Source of the DNA: a virus
IMG/VR virus record: IMGVR_UViG_3300024999_000066
Location: 25,920-89,919 of that record
Length of the DNA stretch: 64,000 nt
Direction: 5' to 3' (one strand)
The notes under the pieces are model-generated. The model had not been told where the DNA came from and did not search any database. It worked only from the letters and a program-made list of their open reading frames with translations. Below, in pieces: positions 26,103 through 35,821 of the stretch. Made by a program: the position numbers and the translations under genes. Every line of letters begins with the position of its first letter. Positions within the stretch are counted from its first letter, which is position 1.

Positions 26103-28052
26103 ATGGTACAGAAAGTCTCCCCATTTCTTGAAGGGAAATACGGTTGGAGTTTAGGAGAATCTAACTGGAATTTGGGCATGGACGAAAACTTAGTAAAGTT
26201 TTCGTATATGTTCAATAGGAACATTGATGGGGTGGTTTCTAGCCTCCCGGCCCCGGTTAACGGGGAGGCATATTTCCTGACAACAGACAATAGATTGTAT
26301 TTTGCTGTTGATGGAATATTTTACAGCTCCCCTACCCCAAAATGGTTCACTGTTTACATTAAAAGCACTGGCCAAGCTTTCCAGTTTAATGGCACGACAT
26401 TAGTAGAAAGTGATATCTTAAATCAGGCGAATGACTACACAGACGTACTTCGCGCAGATGTTTTAAACTCAGCCGACCCTTTGAAGGGTGCGACCATCGT
26501 TGGCTATGATGGCACTAACGTAGCCGCCCACCTTGATTCTATAAATTTTAGTTTGTCTGCTCTTGCAATTGCTACAAATACTACCCAAGGTGCAGGTCTG
26601 ATTGGGTATAGAGGAAGAACTGTACACGATAGGCTGGACGACTACCTTGATGCCGCAGACTATGGCGTTGTAGGCGACGGCGTAACAGATGATTGGGCTG
26701 CAATTAACGCATTTTTAGACCTGGCCTATGCTCAAAATAAGGTGGCAAAGTTCCCTGGCTGGATGGTTTGTGCCCACTCACAGAAACTTGAGCTTTACCG
26801 GGGTAATAACTTTGCGATTGTTGGGGATGGATTCCCTACACTAAAATACACGGGTATTATTGCTGATGTTGCGGTATCTATAGACCGTGGACCGATGGGT
26901 GGTGCGTATGGAATAGTTTTCCGAGATTTTAATATTGAAGGAAACTTTGTTTGTACCGATGCATTTTATAACCGAGCCATTAGTCACTCTGATATAAGCA
27001 ACATTAGAGCATGGGGTGGTACAGCTTGTCTTTACAGAGTCGTAAGTGGTGTATGTAATAACTATACTAATTTACGACTAACCAGTGTAGGTGGCAGAGT
27101 AGGGGCGCCAACAGGGACTCCAGCTGAAGGTATTCGGTTAGAAAGTCGAAGCGCTGGGGACTATTTGGCTTGGTGTACATTTGCCAACTTGATTGTAGAA
27201 AATGTACTGAACACAGGTATCCGTGCTTTAGATGCAACAGGAAACCTTTTCACAAGCGGCACCTCGGAGGGTAACGGTCGAGGGTTGTTGTTTGAGGAGC
27301 CTTGCAGAAACAACACTGTTATTAACATGGACTTTGAAGCTAATGGCGCGGCAGGCGACATTGTTGTAAATGGTCATTGTAACAGTTTTCACAATCCACA
27401 GTGTATCTCTAGTGGTTCTTCAGTCAATATCTCTGTCCAAGTTTCAAAGGGAGCTACTTTCTTTGGTGGGTACTTACGGGCAGCGAATCTACAATCTGCC
27501 TCCTCAGATACAACTTTCATCGGGTGTGAATTCTCTGATAACGGTGCGTTAGGTATTACTGGGACAGGCTCTCACAGACGAATAGGTTGTTATAAAACAG
27601 ACAACGCAGGAAATATCACCTCTCGTTATGTAGACATTCTAGGGGCATTTGGTAGCTTCACACCTAGTCTGGTGGGGTCTACAACCCCCGGAGTGAATAC
27701 ATATAGTGTAAGAACGGGGAGGTATGAGGTTATAGCGGGTCGGTGTTTCTTTGAAATAACTATTGTGTTAACTGCTAAGGATGCTGCAATGGCAGGTATT
27801 GCCACAATTTCTGGGCTCCCTGTTGCTTCTTCTAATATAGCTAACTTAGCAGCTTCCGGTCAAGTGGGGACTTTTGGTAACATTGCATCGCCTGGCGCCG
27901 GATATACTGGACTGGGTTGGCGAATAGATCCTAACAGTACAAGTATGTTGTTGATTACATCTGGTTTCGGTAATGCTACAGCTACTGTCAGCTCAACCTC
28001 AATTGGGGCCACGAGCACACTTAATATTTCTGGCAGCTATCCAATTGCTTAA
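26103..28052 (+). CDS. tailspike / putative polysaccharide depolymerase (beta-helix)
   Basis: DYGVVGDGVTDDWAAI pectate-lyase-like start followed by beta-helix-like repeats; N-terminal anchor. Confidence 0.8.
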   Translation: MVQKVSPFLEGKYGWSLGESNWNLGMDENLVKFSYMFNRNIDGVVSSLPAPVNGEAYFLTTDNRLYFAVDGIFYSSPTPKWFTVYIKSTGQAFQFNGTTLVESDILNQANDYTDVLRADVLNSADPLKGATIVGYDGTNVAAHLDSINFSLSALAIATNTTQGAGLIGYRGRTVHDRLDDYLDAADYGVVGDGVTDDWAAINAFLDLAYAQNKVAKFPGWMVCAHSQKLELYRGNNFAIVGDGFPTLKYTGIIADVAVSIDRGPMGGAYGIVFRDFNIEGNFVCTDAFYNRAISHSDISNIRAWGGTACLYRVVSGVCNNYTNLRLTSVGGRVGAPTGTPAEGIRLESRSAGDYLAWCTFANLIVENVLNTGIRALDATGNLFTSGTSEGNGRGLLFEEPCRNNTVINMDFEANGAAGDIVVNGHCNSFHNPQCISSGSSVNISVQVSKGATFFGGYLRAANLQSASSDTTFIGCEFSDNGALGITGTGSHRRIGCYKTDNAGNITSRYVDILGAFGSFTPSLVGSTTPGVNTYSVRTGRYEVIAGRCFFEITIVLTAKDAAMAGIATISGLPVASSNIANLAASGQVGTFGNIASPGAGYTGLGWRIDPNSTSMLLITSGFGNATATVSSTSIGATSTLNISGSYPIA

Positions 28053-28140
28053 CTTTTACTCTTTCTTATAGGGGTAAGTAACTGTCCCGGTAGGGTGTGG
28101 TAAACATAAACACCTCCACACTAATTATGAGGCGCTGATA

Positions 28141-28680
28141 TTGAAAATCAACACACAAATTGCCAAGAAACTTGCAGCCTATGGTGCTGCCATAGTTTTA
28201 GCTGGTGCTGGGACTGTCTCATACTACGAAGGTAAAGAGAACAAGGCTTATCTCGACCCTGTTGGAATTATCACAATTTGTTATGGCTCCACTAAGAATG
28301 TAAAGCTTGGCGATTACAAGACAGATGACCAATGCTACGAAAGTCTTGCAGAAGACTTAGTAGCACATGACAAGATCCTGATGTCTGTAGTTAAAGTTCC
28401 TATGACAGACTATCAACATGCTGCATTCTTGTCATTCATTTATAACGTTGGTCCCGGTAAGAAGGGGGTGAAAGATGGATTTGTTCACCTCAAGAAGACA
28501 GGTAAACCTTCAACAATGTTACGCAAACTCAATGCTGGTGATTATGAAGGGGCTTGTAATGAGTTTCTGAATTGGATGCAGAAAGGACAAGGGATGTCCG
28601 GTATTGAGAAACGTAGGCGAGATGAAATGGCTATGTGCAAAGGAGAATATGATGAAGCTAAAAAAGCCAAAGTTGATTGA
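28141..28680 (+). CDS. SAR endolysin (GH24 lysozyme)
   Basis: E-8x-D-5x-T triad (YEG..AYLDPVGIITICYG); weakly hydrophobic Gly/Ala-rich N-terminal segment. Confidence 0.88.
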   Translation: MKINTQIAKKLAAYGAAIVLAGAGTVSYYEGKENKAYLDPVGIITICYGSTKNVKLGDYKTDDQCYESLAEDLVAHDKILMSVVKVPMTDYQHAAFLSFIYNVGPGKKGVKDGFVHLKKTGKPSTMLRKLNAGDYEGACNEFLNWMQKGQGMSGIEKRRRDEMAMCKGEYDEAKKAKVD

Positions 28681-28900
28681 TGATTGGAAAAAACAACTAA
28701 AGTCATATTCCGCACTCAGTTTATTTGCCAATGTCCTCATAGCTCTGGCATACGGCCTGTCTCTAGCATTTGGAATGGGGCTTGTTTACATGAGCCCTTT
28801 CTACATTGTTCTTGTAATGGGTGGTGTAGCGAGTCTAGGTTTTCTAGGTCGATTCATCAAACAAGTGGAAGATGACGAGGATGAGGATAATGTTCAATAG
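28649..28900 (+). CDS. holin / pinholin candidate
   Basis: Two hydrophobic segments, charged ends, AGGAG RBS, between endolysin and spanins. Confidence 0.65.
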   Translation: MMKLKKPKLIDDWKKQLKSYSALSLFANVLIALAYGLSLAFGMGLVYMSPFYIVLVMGGVASLGFLGRFIKQVEDDEDEDNVQ

Positions 28901-29321
28901 CTGGATGTTCTACCTCATCCTTGGTTTGTCTGCAAGTACAGCAGCTTTAGGCTATCTTTCTCTATCTCTACACGATGATAAAGTGGTGGCTGTGGAAGCA
29001 CTCAAGCAATCACAGGAAGCAGTTGCGGGGTATCAAAACGCCCTTAACTTGAAGTATTTATCTTGTCAGATTGATGAGGCTTCAACTGTACAATTAGAAG
29101 CTGATAAGAAAGGCCTTCAAACCCAGATAGAAATTATATCTGACAACATTGAGAAGCTAAGAAATTCCAAGCCTCAAGCTAAACAAGAGAACGTTAAGAA
29201 TGAAAATCTTAAACCTAATGTCCTGCCTGATGATGGGTTGCTTAGTCCTAACATTGTCCGGCTGCTTCGGGAGGGGTACTGTGCCACCTACCCAACAGAC
29301 AGTGAATGTCTTCCCAAGTGA
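28890..29321 (+). CDS. i-spanin (Rz-like)
   Basis: N-terminal TM, coiled coil, C-terminal cysteines. Confidence 0.75.
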   Translation: MFNSWMFYLILGLSASTAALGYLSLSLHDDKVVAVEALKQSQEAVAGYQNALNLKYLSCQIDEASTVQLEADKKGLQTQIEIISDNIEKLRNSKPQAKQENVKNENLKPNVLPDDGLLSPNIVRLLREGYCATYPTDSECLPK

Positions 29322-29490
29322 TTCACTTTTGATCAATCCCTGCAAAGCAAAACCTGCTGGTGAAAGTTTGATTGATCTAGCCAAAGCTCAAAACAGCAAC
29401 GTTGGTTGTATTGGGTTGTGGGAAAAGCAAATGGAAGCTATACGTAAGAACAAGCAGCAGCAAATGGAGCTTTACAAGAATGCAAAATGA
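29200..29490 (+). CDS. o-spanin lipoprotein (Rz1-like), overlapping
   Basis: Lipobox LSGC; P..LL.PC motif; overlaps the i-spanin 3' end. Confidence 0.8.
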   Translation: MKILNLMSCLMMGCLVLTLSGCFGRGTVPPTQQTVNVFPSDSLLINPCKAKPAGESLIDLAKAQNSNVGCIGLWEKQMEAIRKNKQQQMELYKNAK

Positions 29491-29785
29491 TGCCAACAAC
29501 CGGATGAACAATCTATTTGAAAGATCAGCTCTTGCACTTCTGGGTGTCCTTTTTACCATTCTTTTCACAGCCTCCCAATACCAACGAGCTGACTTTAAAG
29601 CCTTGGAAGAAAAAGTATTGGTCATGCAGATGAATAAGGTTAACAAAGAAGACCTTAAGGACGTAGAGAATCGTCTTAACATTAAGATGGATGCATTGGC
29701 CATCAACATGAGCCAAGAAGTTAGGAACACACGGGCAGATATTATCGACCGTATTGACATGGTGTTTGGTAAAGTTAAAAAATGA
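29480..29785 (+). CDS. membrane protein (one TM plus coiled coil)
   Basis: ALALLGVLFTILFTA segment; in lysis operon. Confidence 0.6.
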   Translation: MQNDANNRMNNLFERSALALLGVLFTILFTASQYQRADFKALEEKVLVMQMNKVNKEDLKDVENRLNIKMDALAINMSQEVRNTRADIIDRIDMVFGKVKK

Positions 29786-29797
29786 CGGGGGTCATTA

Positions 29798-30139
29798 ATG
29801 ATATGGGTGATCATACGAAGGGTTGCAGACTTACTTACTTTGGTCTTGCTTATTATAATGATCTCCATTGTAATGACAAACAACAAAAGTGTTGAAGATG
29901 TTGGTAACTTTGAACTAAAGCTTGATAACCTAAAACAAGATATGATCACTGTAATTGGTAAGAACGTTGACTATATGGACAGACGTTTAAACGGTTATGC
30001 TGAAACTCAAGATAGGTATCAAGTAAGTACAGATCAACGAGTGTATGTGTTGGAGCAAAGAGTGCTTCAACTACAGAATGATAAGAAGACTAATCAGAAA
30101 ATCATTAACAATAATTTAAATACTCTCACAACGAATTAA
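29798..30139 (+). CDS. membrane protein (one TM plus coiled coil)
   Basis: LLTLVLLIIMISIVM segment; last + strand late gene. Confidence 0.6.
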   Translation: MIWVIIRRVADLLTLVLLIIMISIVMTNNKSVEDVGNFELKLDNLKQDMITVIGKNVDYMDRRLNGYAETQDRYQVSTDQRVYVLEQRVLQLQNDKKTNQKIINNNLNTLTTN

Positions 30140-30201
30140 AGCTAAGAACAAGAAGTCTCCTAAGACACATTAAGGATCGCCATATCCTTTCTCAGAACTT
30201 C

Positions 30202-30236
30202 GCCCCGCGTCCGAAAGGATAGCGGGGCTTCTTTTC
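30202..30236 (+). terminator. intrinsic terminator ending the late operon
   Basis: GCCCCGC-(TCC GAAA GGA)-GCGGGGC then TTCTTTT, at the strand convergence. Confidence 0.8.
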
Positions 30237-30249
30237 GTCTGTAATAAAG

Positions 30250-30423
30250 TTACTCAGTGGTTTTTACAGCAGCTTCAAATTTAAACTTATCAACCCGGTT
30301 ATCTATAGAAGTATTTTCAACAACTACTTCTTTCTCCTTCTTGTGAATGTAATACTGTCCAATAGCAACAACCATTAACATACACATGAGGATGGCAGCA
30401 ACATCGATTAGAGGGTTTTTCAT
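30250..30423 (-). CDS. small membrane protein (57 aa, not in ORF track)
   Basis: AAGGAG RBS, MKNPLIDVAAILMCMLMVVAIG. Confidence 0.55.
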   Translation of the reverse strand: MKNPLIDVAAILMCMLMVVAIGQYYIHKKEKEVVVENTSIDNRVDKFKFEAAVKTTE

Positions 30424-30440
30424 AATTGTTTCTCCTTATT

Positions 30441-31079
30441 CTAGTCCCAGAAAGAAAATAACTTACGTTGGATAATCTTACAAACCAAGTCAAGATCATT
30501 TTGTTTAACACTTTCTCGCATTTTATAGAAGTTTTTACAGTTGATGTTAGGTAGTGTATTTGGCTTCTGATAGAAACCCCCGCCCATGAAATCTCCCTCT
30601 TTACGCTTCCAGCCTTGCACATCATTCGTATAATTATCTTCACGAATACGTTTTAGAAGTGTTGACACGATTAGCAGCTCCTTGGCTGTCTTCTCAGATT
30701 TCATAGCCATACCGTGATTCTTGTGGCACTCAGACATATCTTTTGTAGCAGCTTCCATGAACAAAAGCAAGCCTGAATAATCCCAACAACGATATTGACG
30801 AAGAGCTTTGTGGAAGATGTATAGGTTCCTAAAGTATTTCCAAATATCGGCTACTTTAATTGCTGTGTAAACATCTGGAATAAAGTATACAACATCTTGA
30901 GCAATGTTGAATCCCTTAGTTGTGATCCAATTAACTACAGGAGCTTTCTGCTTACACTCCTTGCGATGTTCAGCCCAGCCTTCCCATGTCAATGAACATG
31001 GATTCTTAAGGCCTGCTTTAGTTCGTATCCACTTAGCTAAAGGGCTTAGGGACCAATATGAGTATCTACGTTTGTACAT
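30441..31079 (-). CDS. hypothetical protein
   Basis: 212-aa ORF with GGAGAG RBS. Confidence 0.7.
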   Translation of the reverse strand: MYKRRYSYWSLSPLAKWIRTKAGLKNPCSLTWEGWAEHRKECKQKAPVVNWITTKGFNIAQDVVYFIPDVYTAIKVADIWKYFRNLYIFHKALRQYRCWDYSGLLLFMEAATKDMSECHKNHGMAMKSEKTAKELLIVSTLLKRIREDNYTNDVQGWKRKEGDFMGGGFYQKPNTLPNINCKNFYKMRESVKQNDLDLVCKIIQRKLFSFWD

Positions 31080-31091
31080 TTATTTCTCTCC

Positions 31092-31126
31092 AAAAGAAAA
31101 GGACCAGAGCTTTCGCCTTGGTCCTT
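31092..31126 (-). terminator. intrinsic terminator after nrdA
   Basis: GGACCA..GC GAAA GC..TGGTCC then TTTTCTTTT on the - strand. Confidence 0.7.
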
Positions 31127-31155
31127 AGTTTAGGCTTCTTTCAAAGCTGTGTCAA
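31127..31155 (-). promoter_or_regulatory. sigma70-like promoter abutting the terminator
   Basis: TTGACA-17-TAAACT on the - strand. Confidence 0.6.
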
Positions 31156-31165
31156 ATTTTATTTT

Positions 31166-32854
31166 CTACTGACAAGCTAGACACTCGTCCTTGCTGGCTT
31201 GCACACCAGCCATGCTGTATACGTAATACAATCCGAGAATATCTGGATTCAAGAAAGCTTCCTTATGCACCTCATTGATGTAAGCTTCGTCTTCACCAGC
31301 AGCGAAGAACAAATTCAACGATTGCCACTGATCCATAAACTTCCCACGAGCAGCAGCTAGGCGGATGATTGTATGTTGATTGATTTCAAAAGCTGTGCGG
31401 AACACAAGTTTCTCTTCTTCAGTCAACCAATCAACGTGTTGTACACTCCCCATCTTGTCACGAACATCTTCTACGTGAGCTTTTGTGAATACTCCCTTCT
31501 CTTTCATCAATTTCAAAAGATAGGGATTAACTCGGTCAACTTCACCACCAGCACTCTTCTGGGTGTACACCATTGCGGTGTCTGGGTTAATCCCTTCACT
31601 AACACCACCCATGATAAGGGCTGTTGACTTAGTTGGTGCAATAGCAATCAAGTGTGTATTAGCTCGGCCATACCCCTTCATCCACTTAGGCTCACCCCAT
31701 ACACTTGCAAGCCACTCAGAAGCCTTAATTGCTTCATCTTGAATGTACTTGGCAATTTTGTTGTTTACCATATGTGCATCAAAGCTTTCAAATGCAATCA
31801 TATTCTTTTGCATGTATGAATGCAGCCCACATTGCCCAAGCCCCAACGCTCTGGAGTTCTTAGTAAATGCTACAGCTTTCTCAAGACCGGGAATATTCTT
31901 AGCCCGCTCAATGAACTCTTGGCATACAGCATCAAGAAATACAATTGCCGTGTTTACAGCGTCAGTACCATACCACTCATCAAAAAGCTCTACGTTCATC
32001 GATGCCAGTACACAAGTATAAGTAAAGTCCTTGCTTGAGTGGAGCATAATTTCGTTACACAACTGTGGAGCTTTAACATCTAAGTTCTGATCCACATACC
32101 ACTGTGGACGTTTACGCTCTGCTTTTTGAGGGAAGAAGAAATATCCTTTCCCCGTCACCATCTTAGTCTTAAGAGCTTTACCATAACGCTTCACTGCATC
32201 TTCATCACCAGATTTCAGACGTTCAATGAACTCATCAGAGATATTCCAGCCGATGTTATTACCATCGGGATGTTGCTCTAGATAAGTACAAACTTCATTG
32301 AAATCACCATGATCAATAGGCAAATAACCAGCCCAAGAACCACGTCGAGCCGTACCCTGAGCAACGTACTCCATGTCACGTTGAAACCCCTCAATGACCT
32401 GCATAACCCCGGTAGAAGTACCACCTACGCTAATCGATTCACCACGAGCACGGACATCACCAAGATAACCCGCCGTACCAAATCCCATCTTAGTCAGCAT
32501 TGCAGTTTCATGCTTTGCTTTGTAGATGCCATCAATACTATCAGGGATGTAACTACCCGCACAACTGATAGTATTGATGCGATTAGTTCCTGTATTAGCC
32601 AAGATCGGAGTACTAGGACTCAGCCAACCTTTCCACATAATATCAAAGAACTTCTCTTTCCAATCAGACGGATCAGGAGTATGTGCAGCCAACGTAGCAG
32701 CAATACGCTGATATTGTTCTTTTGGATTAGCTGCTTGATACAGATATTTATTCTTAAACAACTGCCAAGAGCCAGTAGACCAGTGAGCAGGCATCAAACC
32801 ATCTTCTTGCAACTTCTTACGTTCTTCACTCAATACACGATAACTGTTTGTCAC
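31166..32854 (-). CDS. nrdA: ribonucleotide reductase class I alpha subunit (no ATP cone)
   Basis: SPSTPILAN, SC, QLCNE, CVLAS, APTKST, LYY, C-terminal CLAC. Confidence 0.92.
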   Translation of the reverse strand: MTNSYRVLSEERKKLQEDGLMPAHWSTGSWQLFKNKYLYQAANPKEQYQRIAATLAAHTPDPSDWKEKFFDIMWKGWLSPSTPILANTGTNRINTISCAGSYIPDSIDGIYKAKHETAMLTKMGFGTAGYLGDVRARGESISVGGTSTGVMQVIEGFQRDMEYVAQGTARRGSWAGYLPIDHGDFNEVCTYLEQHPDGNNIGWNISDEFIERLKSGDEDAVKRYGKALKTKMVTGKGYFFFPQKAERKRPQWYVDQNLDVKAPQLCNEIMLHSSKDFTYTCVLASMNVELFDEWYGTDAVNTAIVFLDAVCQEFIERAKNIPGLEKAVAFTKNSRALGLGQCGLHSYMQKNMIAFESFDAHMVNNKIAKYIQDEAIKASEWLASVWGEPKWMKGYGRANTHLIAIAPTKSTALIMGGVSEGINPDTAMVYTQKSAGGEVDRVNPYLLKLMKEKGVFTKAHVEDVRDKMGSVQHVDWLTEEEKLVFRTAFEINQHTIIRLAAARGKFMDQWQSLNLFFAAGEDEAYINEVHKEAFLNPDILGLYYVYSMAGVQASKDECLACQ

Positions 32855-32864
32855 TTAATTCCCC

Positions 32865-33422
32865 TTAAATATATTTTCCGGTCCAACCTTTATAAGATTT
32901 CATCGAACCTCTACAGACGGTTGCCATATTGCCACGGTTTAGGTTGTGTAGCTTACAAAACTCACTTAGGTTCAAGCCTGTATATATTTCTCCACTTGGG
33001 CTTGTAACTTCAAAGTTTTTACTAACCTTAACTGATTGGGCTAATGTACTTGGATGTGTTTCTTTGTTTTTACTCCGGTGTTTTTCAGCCATGGCATCTC
33101 TTCCTCCATTTTCTTTCCACTCCAATATATTCTGATCCCTTGAAACAAATCTACAGTTATCTACGGAGTAGTTACCTATATCACCATAGCGAGCGAGCTG
33201 GTAACTCTGCATACTAGTTCCTATCTGTGATGGACTGGACAAGCCAGCCTCGACAGCCAGAATAACGTACTCTTCAAACGAAAGGAGACAAAGAAGCTCA
33301 CGCCTCCCTGCGTGATAAATCAATCTCTGCCACTTTTTACGCCAAATATTCACGTCTTGTGGGTTTAGATTTATAGAGCTTAGAAAACCCTTCCTTTGCT
33401 CTGTTAGTGGTATCTTTCTCAT
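32865..33422 (-). CDS. putative free-standing homing endonuclease between nrdB and nrdA
   Basis: ARYGDIGNYSVDNCRF..N nuclease-like motif; C-terminal NUMOD1-like LSEFCKLHNL..YKGW. Confidence 0.65.
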   Translation of the reverse strand: MRKIPLTEQRKGFLSSINLNPQDVNIWRKKWQRLIYHAGRRELLCLLSFEEYVILAVEAGLSSPSQIGTSMQSYQLARYGDIGNYSVDNCRFVSRDQNILEWKENGGRDAMAEKHRSKNKETHPSTLAQSVKVSKNFEVTSPSGEIYTGLNLSEFCKLHNLNRGNMATVCRGSMKSYKGWTGKYI

Positions 33423-34406
33423 TTAAAATTTAAAACCCTCTGAGTCCCAATCGCGAGTATACTGGTTACCTTGACTATTGAAAAAGTCGATCTGACTGTA
33501 GCCATTAATACCGGCATAGAACCAAACTGCCACAGGATTGTAATCTACTTTATAAAGATTCTCATATCCAAGATTACGAAGGCACAGGTTAATACGACTC
33601 TGTGCAAAGTACTCTAGCTGTGTATCAGTAATCCCCTCAATACGTCCCTTCTCAAAGATCTTCTTGATAATTGCTTTCTCGTGTTCCATCACGGTTTCAG
33701 CAGCAAGATAAATATCTTTCTTCAGTTCATCTTCAAAAGCTTGGCCAATGTAGCCAACTTCTTTCTTTTCTTTAAGAAGTGTACGGAACAACCAAGCTGC
33801 CGCTTCGGAGTGAAGATTCTCGTCACGAGCAGAGAAGTTAATACCACTCACCACATTCAACAGCTTATTCTTACCTTGGCTCTGGAAGTGCTTCAAGAAA
33901 GCAAAACTAGAGTAAAGAATTGCACCTTCACCGAATGTGAAACAACCAAGAGCACGAAGATCATCTTTACTTGCCAAAGTATCTTCTAAGAAAGCAACTC
34001 GTGCAGTTAGGTCTTCGTCTTCCAAGTACTGGTTATAGAACTCATCTGTTGCAAGTCCAAGTTCTTCATTCAGTGTACTATAAAACTTTTGGTGAACTGC
34101 AAGTTCCATTGCCCCAAACATTGCAGCCATTGGTTGAATGTCAGCAGGACGTGGAAATTTCTTCATTACAAAGTTAATCCAAAACTCATTCCCGATGATA
34201 GCTTCATACTTGGAAAACAGTTTCAGTGTTGTGATTGTTCCATGACTTTCAGATTCAGTCATGTTTACCAGAATATCTTGTTTATCTTTGTGAACTTTTA
34301 CTTCGAAGTGAGGCCAGAACACAGAAGCTTGTTGATCAGTAAACTCACAAGCTTCTGGATAATCTACAGTGAACTCCGTCTTAGGCGTTTGGATACGAGT
34401 TAGCAT
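33423..34406 (-). CDS. nrdB: ribonucleotide reductase class I beta subunit
   Basis: FWP.FEV, ELAVH..FY, EGAILYSSF, RDENLH, DFF. Confidence 0.92.
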   Translation of the reverse strand: MLTRIQTPKTEFTVDYPEACEFTDQQASVFWPHFEVKVHKDKQDILVNMTESESHGTITTLKLFSKYEAIIGNEFWINFVMKKFPRPADIQPMAAMFGAMELAVHQKFYSTLNEELGLATDEFYNQYLEDEDLTARVAFLEDTLASKDDLRALGCFTFGEGAILYSSFAFLKHFQSQGKNKLLNVVSGINFSARDENLHSEAAAWLFRTLLKEKKEVGYIGQAFEDELKKDIYLAAETVMEHEKAIIKKIFEKGRIEGITDTQLEYFAQSRINLCLRNLGYENLYKVDYNPVAVWFYAGINGYSQIDFFNSQGNQYTRDWDSEGFKF

Positions 34407-34415
34407 TACCTCTCC

Positions 34416-34790
34416 TTATTTATTTGCATGCCGTTCTAGTTGATCAAGGATCATACCAGTATTATTACTTTGCTTACCCATTGTCTTAAGATCGATCCTA
34501 AGATCCAAACTACAGTCTTCAACAATCGCATCCCAAGACGCAGCGCCAGACTTTAGCCATTCATCAGAGCGTTCATGCCCTTGGTACATCAAGCAGTCTA
34601 CAACATTACCACGAAGATTACGATGCTTACAAACTACTTCATCAACCCCCATTGAAACATCTAAACCATTATCAAAAAGAAACTTATTAATTGCTGCCTT
34701 ATTATCTTCACCGAATGCTTGAGCAAACCCTTCACAGAGAAGGAGGTCTGACAAACTCAAATTAAAACCTACAGCCATACTACACCCCAC
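34416..34790 (-). CDS. hypothetical protein
   Basis: ORF in operon context. Confidence 0.65.
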   Translation of the reverse strand: MGCSMAVGFNLSLSDLLLCEGFAQAFGEDNKAAINKFLFDNGLDVSMGVDEVVCKHRNLRGNVVDCLMYQGHERSDEWLKSGAASWDAIVEDCSLDLRIDLKTMGKQSNNTGMILDQLERHANK

Positions 34791-34977
34791 TCATGAATTT
34801 ATTAAAAGCTGCTTTAGGACTCAACCCACTCTCGTACAAGAACACCCACTCACTCAATGTCTCAAGAATCCTTACATGAGCCACTCTATGCTGAACTCCT
34901 TCTCGGATTGCCATCAAAGATGCTACTTCTAGGATAAAGAATTCGATAGGATTTTCTTCTGAATTGTTAAAGCTCAT
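34780..34977 (-). CDS. hypothetical protein
   Basis: 65 aa with AAGGAG RBS. Confidence 0.55.
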   Translation of the reverse strand: MSFNNSEENPIEFFILEVASLMAIREGVQHRVAHVRILETLSEWVFLYESGLSPKAAFNKFMSGV

Positions 34978-34980
34978 ACA

Positions 34981-35658
34981 TTACTCCTTAAAAGTGAGCG
35001 CAGCCCAACTCACTGGGAAAATTCGTTCTGCTTCTTTACCAACCAACTCAGCAACTACTTGTACTTCTTTCTGTGCATTTGTATCAGTTCGCTTATTGTA
35101 GAAGTTAGCGAAGCTTACCAGATTCCCGGTCCAAATCCAATTAACAATTGCACCTTGTGGAAGAATAAATCGGCATTGTTCCGGGCATACACCATCAGAC
35201 AACATTCGGTTATACAAAGCAACTGAAGCTTTAGTTTGAATTGTATACTGCTCTAGCCAATACTCTGAATCTTTGTGTTTCTCTCCACTACCTTGTTTGA
35301 TACTCCCCTCCGGCTTAGACCGAAAGAATTCAGGAACAAAAATCTCTGGAGTTGTAGAGATATACCGACGACTCTCTTCGTTCTCAACCATTCCCACTTT
35401 ATGTTTAAAGCATTGTGTACGAATTGGGACAGGTGCTGCAATACGGAACTTCAAAGCTGTATGGGCGAATGGTGTCCAGTGGTCATGTTTTGCAAGATAG
35501 TTGATAAGTTTGGTGTCAGCATCAGAGAGTTTCATATGATCTTCATAAGTGCTCCCCCACTCATATTCACTTTCCTTGCTGAAGGAAACTCTTGCGGCGT
35601 TGACTACAGCAAGGTCGTCACCCATACGATCTAGCAATTCTACTTTAATCTGTGACAT
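34981..35658 (-). CDS. thyX: flavin-dependent thymidylate synthase
   Basis: VNAARVSF, HWTPF, KH..NEESRRY, PEQCRFILP; start at 35658 after GGAGGAGG. Confidence 0.92.
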   Translation of the reverse strand: MSQIKVELLDRMGDDLAVVNAARVSFSKESEYEWGSTYEDHMKLSDADTKLINYLAKHDHWTPFAHTALKFRIAAPVPIRTQCFKHKVGMVENEESRRYISTTPEIFVPEFFRSKPEGSIKQGSGEKHKDSEYWLEQYTIQTKASVALYNRMLSDGVCPEQCRFILPQGAIVNWIWTGNLVSFANFYNKRTDTNAQKEVQVVAELVGKEAERIFPVSWAALTFKE

Positions 35659-35821
35659 TCTTTTCCTCCTCCAAAATTGCTTTACATTCTTCCCACGAGC
35701 CCGGTAGTTCAGGATAGAACTCCCACGCGTGTCCTGTGTCAACCAAACGATGATAATACTCTTTAGTTTTTACGTCAAGCTTCCAATTCATTGTAGGAAG
35801 TTTTTCATCTGCGTAGATCAT
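35645..35821 (-). CDS. small hypothetical protein (58 aa, not in ORF track)
   Basis: ATGA overlap with the dut stop; fills the dut-thyX gap. Confidence 0.5.
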   Translation of the reverse strand: MIYADEKLPTMNWKLDVKTKEYYHRLVDTGHAWEFYPELPGSWEECKAILEEEKNVTD

